Shown here: positions 57,170 to 64,000 of the stretch, one piece after another
Layout: the number at the start of each line of letters is the position of its first letter
Numbering within the stretch: the stretch's first letter is position 1
Source of the DNA: an uncultured Actinomycetes bacterium
GTDB lineage: Bacteria; Actinomycetota; Thermoleophilia; Gaiellales; Gaiellaceae
Length of the DNA stretch: 64,000 nt
Direction of reading: 5' to 3'
Assembly: GCA_963836705.1 (NCBI GenBank)
Contig: CAWIKU010000011.1
Span: 6,790-70,789, forward strand
Program-made: the position numbers and the translations under genes
The notes under the pieces: model-generated
The model's input: the letters and a program-made list of their open reading frames with translations, nothing else
What the model was told of the DNA's origin: nothing
Database searches by the model: none

Positions 57170-58210
57170 CTACACGGACGGGAGCTCGACCGGCCCGTAC
57201 TTCGCGCGCACCGTGTCGACGAAGGCCGCCAGCCGGTCCGCGATCGCGGCGTCCTCGATCTCGAGCACGTTCTCGGCATTGCGCTCACCGCTCCGCGAGA
57301 GGTTGAACGACCCGACGAACACCGTGTCGTCGCACACCGTCACCTTGGCGTGCATGAAATCGTGCACCGTGCCGTCGCCGTAGGGGGTCGAGTTCTTGCC
57401 GGTGAACGGCCCGGCCATCACGTGCTGCAGCAGAGGCAGCTTCCAGGAGACGTTCTGGTTCGTCCGCCACTGGTGAACGACTTCGCGGATCTGCGTCGCG
57501 TCGACGCAACCGGCCAGGTCGACCGACCGGTCGGCGATCACCTGGGCGAGCGTCCCGAGCACCGGGCCGGTCGTGATCACGGGCGAGCAGATCCGCACGC
57601 GCTTTCGTGCGCGGCGGATCAGCTTCGCGATCCGAATCGAGACGTCCTCTCCGTGGCCCGGTGTCATCCAGACACGGACCCCGTTGTCCCACCGCGGATC
57701 GACGAAGCCGCTCTGAGCGACGTCGCCGATCGTCCACAACTGGTCGAAGTCGAGTTGAAATGCGATCGCGATCGCGGCCGAGTGGACGATCGCGACGACG
57801 TTCTCCTGCCGCGACCAGGAATCGTCCGTCCAGTTGAGCGACCCGGTCCAGACCGACGCGCCGTCACGGATCACATACTTGTGGTGCATCAGATCGGGGA
57901 CGCCGGCGATCGCCCTGCCCTCGACCGGGAGGGTCGCGATCAGCACGGCGTCGGGCTCGGGCGGCGGTGGCACCGGAATCGGGTTCGCGTGGTCGACGTT
58001 GTAGGCGAAGCGGGTGCGCACGCCACGGTCCGCTGCGCGGCGGAACGCGTCGCCGACGATCAGCTTGGTCGCCTCGCCGAGGTTGAAGTCGTACTGGGCC
58101 AGGTCGAGCGAGGTGGTGGCGCCGTCGAGGAAGGCCGCCACCGCCGCGGCGATGTCCGCCGGCTGCTGGCCGCCGTCCGCCAAGGTGCGGATCTCGATGC
58201 GTTCGGCCAT
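57170..58210 (-). CDS. phospholipase D-like protein with two HKD motifs, no TM or signal peptide
   Basis: HHKYVIRDGASVWTGSLNWT and HAKVTVCDDTVFVGSFNLS. Confidence 0.85.
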   Translation of the reverse strand: MAERIEIRTLADGGQQPADIAAAVAAFLDGATTSLDLAQYDFNLGEATKLIVGDAFRRAADRGVRTRFAYNVDHANPIPVPPPPEPDAVLIATLPVEGRAIAGVPDLMHHKYVIRDGASVWTGSLNWTDDSWSRQENVVAIVHSAAIAIAFQLDFDQLWTIGDVAQSGFVDPRWDNGVRVWMTPGHGEDVSIRIAKLIRRARKRVRICSPVITTGPVLGTLAQVIADRSVDLAGCVDATQIREVVHQWRTNQNVSWKLPLLQHVMAGPFTGKNSTPYGDGTVHDFMHAKVTVCDDTVFVGSFNLSRSGERNAENVLEIEDAAIADRLAAFVDTVRAKYGPVELPSV

Positions 58211-58296
58211 CGACCGGCTAGGAGTTCTACCCGAAGGCTCGATGACTGCCTGCTACGATTCCGAGCCGGCGGACGCCTGTTCGCCCCTTTTTCCGT

Positions 58297-58725
58297 ATGA
58301 AGACCTACAACGCCAAACCGGGCGAGATCGAGCGCGACTGGCTCATCGTCGACGCCGAGGGGAAGACCCTGGGCCGTCTCGCGACCCAGATCGCCGAGCG
58401 CCTGCGCGGTAAGGGCAAGACGGTCTACACCCCGCATGTCGACACGGGCGACTTCGTGATCGTCGTCAACGCCGAGAAGATCACCGTCACCGGTAACAAA
58501 TTGGACGAGAAGATCTACTACCGGCACTCGGGCTACCCGGGCGGTCTGCGTGAGCGCACCTTGCGCGAGCAGCTCGACCGGCAGCCGACCGAGGTGCTGC
58601 GGAAGGCCGTCAAGGGCATGCTGCCGCGCAACAAGCTCGGGCGCGCTCAGTTGACGAAGCTCAAGATCTATGTCGGGCCGGAGCATCCCCACACGGCACA
58701 AGCGCCAACAACTCTCGAGGTCTGA
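58297..58725 (+). CDS. rplM: 50S ribosomal protein L13
   Basis: [29 protein letters not shown]...GMLP.NKLG. Confidence 0.97.
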   Translation: MKTYNAKPGEIERDWLIVDAEGKTLGRLATQIAERLRGKGKTVYTPHVDTGDFVIVVNAEKITVTGNKLDEKIYYRHSGYPGGLRERTLREQLDRQPTEVLRKAVKGMLPRNKLGRAQLTKLKIYVGPEHPHTAQAPTTLEV

Positions 58726-58727
58726 AC

Positions 58728-59123
58728 ATGTCGACTCCCGCCCAGTATCTTGGCACCGGCAAGCGCAAGACGTCCGTTGCCCGCGTGATCCTTCGCCCCG
58801 GCGACGGCGCGACCTGGATCAACGGCAAGACGATCGAGGAGTACTTCCCGCGCATGGTGCACCGGATGCTGGCGACCGCTCCGCTCAAGGTTGCGGGACT
58901 CGAGGGGCAGTACGACCTGCGGGTGCGGCTGCACGGCGGCGGCCCGTCCGGTCAGGCCGGTGCGATGCGGCACGGGATCGCCCGCGCTCTGCTCGAGGTC
59001 AACCCCGAGCTTCGCCCGCCGTTGCGTCGGGCCGGCTTCCTGACGCGCGATGCGCGCGTCGTCGAGCGCAAGAAGGCCGGACTGCACAAGGCGCGCAAGG
59101 CGCCGCAGTTCAGCAAGCGTTAG
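58728..59123 (+). CDS. rpsI: 30S ribosomal protein S9
   Basis: [12 protein letters not shown]...[17 protein letters not shown]...[18 protein letters not shown]. Confidence 0.97.
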   Translation: MSTPAQYLGTGKRKTSVARVILRPGDGATWINGKTIEEYFPRMVHRMLATAPLKVAGLEGQYDLRVRLHGGGPSGQAGAMRHGIARALLEVNPELRPPLRRAGFLTRDARVVERKKAGLHKARKAPQFSKR

Positions 59124-59133
59124 ACCCCCGCTC

Positions 59134-60399
59134 ATGGCCCGCAGGTACTTCGGCACCGATGGGGTGCGCGGCGTCGTGGGGGAGTTCCTGACCCCCGAGC
59201 TCGTCGAGCGCCTTGGCCGCGCGGCGTCGCTCTGGACGGGAGCCGCACGCGTCTTCGTCGGTCGAGACACACGAGCGAGCGGCGTTGAGCTGGAGGAGGC
59301 GTTCGCGCGCGGCGTCATCTCGGCGGGCGGCGACTGCATTCTCGGCGGCGTGCTGCCGACACCGGCTGTCGCGCTGCTCGCGCTCGACCTTGGCGTTGTC
59401 ATCTCGGCGTCGCACAACCCGCCCGAGTACAACGGCGTCAAGTTCTTCGACTCGCAGGGCCACAAGCTGTCCGATGCGGCCGAGGAGCAGATCGAGGAGC
59501 TGCTCGCCGCGGCGCCAGGGATCGACCAGGGAGTGATCGAGCATGTTGAAGTCGCGACGGACTCCTACCAGCAGCACATTGTCGACCGTTTCGGCACGGA
59601 CCTGTCGGGGCTCCGGATCGCGGTCGACTGCGCGAACGGCGCCTATTCCTCGCTCGCGCCGCACGCATTCGAGTTGTGCGGCGCAGAGGTGCATGCGATC
59701 GGCGATGCGCCCGACGGCTCGAACATCAACGTCGGCTGCGGCGCGACGGATCTCGCGCTGCTGCAGCAGACGGTGCGAGACGGGGGCTACGACCTCGGAA
59801 TCGCGTTCGACGGCGACGGCGACAGGATGCTGGCCGTCGACGAGAACGGCGACTCGGTTGACGGCGACCAGATCATCGCGATCCTCGCGCTGGACCTCGA
59901 CGTGGACGCAGTTGCCGTGACGGTGATGACGAACCTCGGGTTCCATGCGCTGATGCGCGAGCGCGGGATCCGCGTGCTGACGACGGACGTCGGCGATCGC
60001 TACGTCCTCGAAGCGCTGCAGAGCTCGGGGGCGATCCTCGGCGGCGAGCAGTCGGGCCACATCATCTATCTCCACGACCACGTCACGGGTGACGGCCTCG
60101 CGGCCGGCCTGCTGCTCTGTGCCGCGCTCAAGGGCCGGCCGCTCAGCGAGGTCGCCGCCGTGATGCCGCGGTTCCCGCAGCGGAAGGAGAACGTGCGGGT
60201 GGCGGAGCGAGAGCTGACGCCGGCGATCGTCGCGGAGGTCGAGCGGCTGAACGCAGAATGGGGCGGAAAGGGGCGGATTCTCGTTCGTCCATCGGGGACG
60301 GAGCCGCTGATCCGAGTGCTCGCGGAGGCCGAGGAGCCGGGGCTGGCAGGCGAGGCCTGTGCTAGCATCGCGGCGCTCGTTCGACGAGAGCTCGGCTGA
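59134..60399 (+). CDS. glmM: phosphoglucosamine mutase
   Basis: YFGTDGVRG, phosphoserine loop SASHNPPEYNGVKFF and GDGDR. The start is re-called to the ATG at 59134. Confidence 0.95.
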   Translation: MARRYFGTDGVRGVVGEFLTPELVERLGRAASLWTGAARVFVGRDTRASGVELEEAFARGVISAGGDCILGGVLPTPAVALLALDLGVVISASHNPPEYNGVKFFDSQGHKLSDAAEEQIEELLAAAPGIDQGVIEHVEVATDSYQQHIVDRFGTDLSGLRIAVDCANGAYSSLAPHAFELCGAEVHAIGDAPDGSNINVGCGATDLALLQQTVRDGGYDLGIAFDGDGDRMLAVDENGDSVDGDQIIAILALDLDVDAVAVTVMTNLGFHALMRERGIRVLTTDVGDRYVLEALQSSGAILGGEQSGHIIYLHDHVTGDGLAAGLLLCAALKGRPLSEVAAVMPRFPQRKENVRVAERELTPAIVAEVERLNAEWGGKGRILVRPSGTEPLIRVLAEAEEPGLAGEACASIAALVRRELG

Positions 60400-60503
60400 C
60401 CTTCCCCGACGCTGGAGACGGTCTGGAGCCGGGCTTTTGCGTTTCCAGGAACCGTTCGGGGGGCAAATGCCGGCAATCCGCCGGATTGAGAAGGAGGCTC
60501 CGA

Positions 60504-62333
60504 ATGTGCGGGATCATCGGGTATGTCGGGGGCCGGGCGTCGAAGCCGCTGCTGATTCAAGGGCTCGAGCGCCTCGAGTACCGCGGCTACGACTCCGCCG
60601 GGATCGCGCTGCTCGAGAAGCACGGGATCGATTACACCCGCGCCGTCGGGAACCTCCAGAACCTGAAGGAGAAGACGGGCTCGAACGGGTCGCAGGCGAC
60701 GACGGGCCTCGGCCACACCCGCTGGGCGACGCATGGTGGCGTGACCGAGGAGAACGCCCATCCGCTCGAGGCCTGTCACGACGCGAAGCTCTCGATCGTG
60801 CTGAACGGCATCGTCGAGAACTACCGCGAGCTGCGTGACGCGTTGCTCGCAGAAGGTCATACCTTCCGCTCCGAAACCGACGCCGAAGTCGTCGCGCACC
60901 TGCTCGAGGAAGCGTACGACGGTGATCTGGTTGCGGCTGTCAGCGCCGCGTACGCGCGGCTCGAGGGCCACTTCACGTTCGTCGTGATCCACCACGATCA
61001 CCCGGACCACCTCGTCGGGGTCCGGCATCAGACGCCGATGGTCGTCGGACTCGGGGCGGGCGAGAACTTCCTCGCCTCGAACCTCGCAGCGTTCCTCGCC
61101 GAGACACGGCGTGTGCAGTTCCCCGGCGACGGCGAAGTCGTTTCGATCAAGCCCGGCGGAGTCGCGATCACCGATGCGGCCACCGGCGCCCCGGTCGAGC
61201 ACGACGTGCTCGAGGTCGACTGGGACGACGCAGCCGCGGAGCGATCCGGGTACGAGACGTTCATGCTGAAGGAGATCTACGAGCAGCCTGAAGGCGTCGC
61301 CGAGACGATCGGCGATCGCGTTCGTCACGGCCACCTCGTGCTCGACGGGCTCGGCATGACCGAGGACGAGCTCAGGAAGCTGCGCCGCATCGTGATCGTC
61401 GCGTGCGGCACCTCGTACCATGCGGGCGTCGTCGCCCGGTACGCGATCGAGGAATGGGCCCGTGTCCCGGTCGAGCCCGACGTCGCGAGCGAATGGATCT
61501 ATCGCAACCCGGTCGTCGACCCCGGCACGCTGGTGATCGGGATCTCACAGTCGGGCGAGACCCGCGACACGATCCAGGCGATGAAGCTCGCGCGCGAGAA
61601 GGGCGCCCGCACCGTCGCCGTCACGAACATGATGGGCTCGCAGATCACGCGTGAGGTCGATTCGGTGCTGTACACGCGCACCGGCCTCGAGGTCGGCGTC
61701 GCCGCCTCGAAGACGTTCACCGCGCAGGTGGCGCTGATGTTCCTGATCGGCCTCAAGCTGGCTCAGTGCCGTGGCACCCTGCCGCCCGAGGAGATCGAGT
61801 TCATCCTCGACGAGGTCTACGACCTGCCCGCCAAGATGCACCGCTTCCTCGACGGCGACCACCCGATCGAGGAGATCGCCCAGCGCTTCCACGAGCAACC
61901 GTTCTTCCTCTACCTCGGACGGCACATCGGGCTGCCGGTGGCGCTCGAGGGTGCGCTGAAGCTGAAGGAGATCTCCTACATCCCGACGGAGGCCTATTCC
62001 GCAGGCGAGATGAAGCATGGGCCGATCTCGCTGCTCGAGGAAGGAACCCCGGTCGTCGTCGTCGCAACGCGGATCCACGTCTACGAGAAGATCGTCTCGA
62101 ACATCCAGGAGACTCGTGCGCGTGGCGCCCACGTGATCGCGATCGCGACCGACGGAAACGAAGACATCCAGCACCACGCCGACGACGTGATCTACGTCCC
62201 GGACTCGCCGGCGTTCCTGCAGGCGGCGCTCGCGATCCTGCCGTTGCAGCTCCTGGCGTACAGGATCGCGCGGCTGCGCGGGCTGAACGTCGACCAGCCG
62301 CGCAACCTCGCAAAGACTGTCACAGTCGAATAG
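60504..62333 (+). CDS. glmS: glutamine--fructose-6-phosphate aminotransferase
   Basis: MCGIIGYVG (Cys2 nucleophile), two SIS domains and C-terminal NLAKTVTVE. AAGGAGG RBS 7 nt upstream of the ATG at 60504. Confidence 0.96.
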   Translation: MCGIIGYVGGRASKPLLIQGLERLEYRGYDSAGIALLEKHGIDYTRAVGNLQNLKEKTGSNGSQATTGLGHTRWATHGGVTEENAHPLEACHDAKLSIVLNGIVENYRELRDALLAEGHTFRSETDAEVVAHLLEEAYDGDLVAAVSAAYARLEGHFTFVVIHHDHPDHLVGVRHQTPMVVGLGAGENFLASNLAAFLAETRRVQFPGDGEVVSIKPGGVAITDAATGAPVEHDVLEVDWDDAAAERSGYETFMLKEIYEQPEGVAETIGDRVRHGHLVLDGLGMTEDELRKLRRIVIVACGTSYHAGVVARYAIEEWARVPVEPDVASEWIYRNPVVDPGTLVIGISQSGETRDTIQAMKLAREKGARTVAVTNMMGSQITREVDSVLYTRTGLEVGVAASKTFTAQVALMFLIGLKLAQCRGTLPPEEIEFILDEVYDLPAKMHRFLDGDHPIEEIAQRFHEQPFFLYLGRHIGLPVALEGALKLKEISYIPTEAYSAGEMKHGPISLLEEGTPVVVVATRIHVYEKIVSNIQETRARGAHVIAIATDGNEDIQHHADDVIYVPDSPAFLQAALAILPLQLLAYRIARLRGLNVDQPRNLAKTVTVE

Positions 62334-63228
62334 CAACCTCGAGCGCGGTCTCGACGAACGCGCGCGCCGCCGGTGAGCTGTAGCGGTCACGGTGCTGCGC
62401 GATGGCGACGATCCGCGGCGGCACCTCGGTGGCGAGCTCGACGACCGCGATTCGGGGATCGGCGGTGTTGAGGGTCAGGCGCGGCATCACGGCCACGCCG
62501 ACCCCCGCTGCAACGAGTCCCTCCACGGTCGGGTTGTCGTTCGAGCGGAACGCCCAGCGCGGTTCCATCCCCTCCGACCGGAATGCGGCTTCGATCTGGT
62601 CGACCGTCGAGCTGTCACGGAAGCCCACCAAGGGGTAGTCGGAGACCTCACGGAGGGTTGGACGAGCTGAGGCGAGCGGCGAACCGGCTGCCACGATCAG
62701 CACGTACGGGTCGCGGAGCAACTCCACCGTCTCGAGCGGTGCGTCGCCGACCGGCAGCAGCACGAAACCGACGTCGAGCTCGCCGCGCTCGATCGCTCCG
62801 ACGATCGCCTCGTCGTCGACCTCGTCGAGCATCACCTCGATGTGTGGCCACTGTTCGGTGAACCGTCGCATCAACTCCGGCAGCACGCGCGCGCCGACCG
62901 ACTGGAACGCGCCGACGACGAGCGTCCCGGCCTCGCCCGCCTGGAGCGCCCGCAGGTCGGCCTGCGCGGCCTGGAGCCGCGCGACGATCGACTCCGCGTG
63001 CCGCAGCAGCAGCGCGCCGGCTTCGGTCAGCGAGACCGGTCGCGGACCGCCGGGCCGCTCGACGAGTCGCTCGCCGACGATCCGCTCCAGGGTTGCGATC
63101 TGCTGGCTGATCGCCGACTGGGTGTAGCCGAGCTCGTGGGCTGCGCGGCCGAACGAGCCCTGGTGGGCGAGCGCCTGCAGGGCTGCGAAGTGGCGCACCT
63201 CGACGCCGAGCCAACTATTAGATTCCAT
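62320..63228 (-). CDS. LysR family transcriptional regulator
   Basis: N-terminal wHTH VRHFAALQALAHQGSFGRAAHELGYTQSAISQQIATLE. I prefer the ATG at 63228 over the track's TTG at 63240. The 3' end overlaps glmS by 14 nt (convergent). Confidence 0.88.
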   Translation of the reverse strand: MESNSWLGVEVRHFAALQALAHQGSFGRAAHELGYTQSAISQQIATLERIVGERLVERPGGPRPVSLTEAGALLLRHAESIVARLQAAQADLRALQAGEAGTLVVGAFQSVGARVLPELMRRFTEQWPHIEVMLDEVDDEAIVGAIERGELDVGFVLLPVGDAPLETVELLRDPYVLIVAAGSPLASARPTLREVSDYPLVGFRDSSTVDQIEAAFRSEGMEPRWAFRSNDNPTVEGLVAAGVGVAVMPRLTLNTADPRIAVVELATEVPPRIVAIAQHRDRYSSPAARAFVETALEVAIRL

Positions 63229-63288
63229 AATTAAAATCAATCATATCCCCATTTGTGCTGATAGTCCCTGCTCCGGCACACTCCTGCC

Positions 63289-63402
63289 ATGGTCGCAATC
63301 GCCCTTCTCGTCGTCCTGATCGCCGTCTGCGTGCTCGCCGCCTGGCGCGGCGTCGACTCGCGGCCCGTCGAGCACGGCCGGCACCGCCCAAACTGGTCGT
63401 AA
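63289..63402 (+). CDS. candidate 37-aa single-TM micro-protein (below the track's length cut-off)
   Basis: ATG...TAA read by hand: MVAIALLVVLIAVCVLAAWRGVDSRPVEHGRHRPNWS. GC3-rich codons. Lies between the LysR gene and the permease gene, on the permease strand. No obvious SD. Confidence 0.45.
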   Translation: MVAIALLVVLIAVCVLAAWRGVDSRPVEHGRHRPNWS

Positions 63403-63438
63403 GTCCGCTCGCGATCAGCCCAGATACCCTTAGGGGGT

Positions 63439-64000
63439 ATGTGGATCGTCGATGGGCTGACGAACGCCTTCCGCATGTTCTGGGAGGTGTGGTGGGCGCT
63501 CGTGCTCGGCTTCGTCCTCTCCGGCATCGTGCAGGCCTGGGTACCGCGCGAGCGGCTCGAACGTGCGCTCGGCGGCCGCCGGCTCCGTGAGGTGGCGACG
63601 GCGACCGGCCTCGGCGCCGCGTCGTCGTCGTGTTCGTATGCGGCGATCGCGATCGCCAAGTCGATGTTCGCGAAGGGCACGAGTCTCATCTCGGCGATGA
63701 CGTTCCAGTTCGCGTCGACGAACCTCGTCTTCGAGCTCGGGCTCGTTCTCTGGCTCTTGCTCGGCTGGCGATTCACACTCGCCGAGTTCGTCGGCGGCAT
63801 CGTCCTGATCGCGCTGATGTGGTTCGCGCTCCGGCTGGTGGTCTCCCGGTCGCGCGAGGAGCAGGCGAGAGCCCACGCCGTGCTCGCCAGTTCCGGCCAC
63901 ATCCATCACTCGGCCGGGGACGAGCACATGCCGCTTCGCCGCAGGCTCGGTTCCGTCCAGGCGTGGTCCGACGTCGCGTACAACTTTCGCGGCGACTGGC
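63439..64000 (+). CDS. predicted permease (COG0701 / ArsP-like family), 3'-truncated by the window edge
   Basis: Not in the track because no stop is reached. ATG at 63439 preceded by AGGGGG. MWIVDGLTNAFRMFWEVWWALVLGFVLSGIVQAW...AASSSCSYAAIAIAKSMF...TFQFASTNLV, polytopic. Confidence 0.7.
   Translation, partial: MWIVDGLTNAFRMFWEVWWALVLGFVLSGIVQAWVPRERLERALGGRRLREVATATGLGAASSSCSYAAIAIAKSMFAKGTSLISAMTFQFASTNLVFELGLVLWLLLGWRFTLAEFVGGIVLIALMWFALRLVVSRSREEQARAHAVLASSGHIHHSAGDEHMPLRRRLGSVQAWSDVAYNFRGDW

Noticed and set aside
57170-58210. The PLD-family protein as a phage-defence nuclease
   Set aside because: It is a single gene in a housekeeping neighbourhood with normal G+C, and there are no partner genes (helicase, methylase, STAND). 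Nothing beyond family membership supports a defence role.
60400-60503. Possible glmS ribozyme or riboswitch upstream of glmS
   Set aside because: Only about 104 nt are available, and I cannot find the conserved glmS ribozyme core. Only weak 4-5-bp hairpins are present. A covariance-model scan would be the decisive test.

Overview
Densely packed, high-G+C chromosomal segment. Gene content points to Actinomycetota: TopA with GRYGPYV C-terminal repeats, a PimA-like GT4, and rplM-rpsI-glmM-glmS synteny. The short 91-aa HU hints at a deep-branching lineage, but that is only an inference. About 75 protein genes are supported. I found no rRNA, tRNA, CRISPR array, transposase or integrase. Most of the window is housekeeping: topA, principal sigma factor, xseAB, murI-rph-rdgB, pyrE/hup/pyrF, guaBA, rplM-rpsI-glmM-glmS. 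There is also a 5-gene peptide ABC transporter, a dispersed homogentisate (tyrosine catabolism) gene set, and many small enzymes and transporters. Many six-frame track ORFs are high-GC artefacts or carry false N-terminal extensions, so I re-called starts where homology and stop/start coupling allowed. The points most worth a second look are: (1) a visibly lower-G+C, purely regulatory block at about 13.5-18.5 kb (LuxR solo / HD-GYP / MalT-like STAND-LuxR / LuxR solo), with AACTGACG repeats in its main intergenic region; (2) two identical perfect palindromes with 11-bp-phased half-sites bracketing a 168-nt gene-free spacer (55.56-55.78 kb); (3) a signal-peptide-less GNAT / SH3b-NlpC/P60 / mini class-A-like serine hydrolase operon divergent from the peptide transporter, a candidate muropeptide recycling locus; (4) a CDF transporter with three tandem cytoplasmic domains; (5) divergent gene pairs whose start codons lie 2-17 nt apart. 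I did not recognise a clear-cut novel multi-gene system such as a defence or mobile system. All functional calls come from motif and family recognition by eye, with no searches run.
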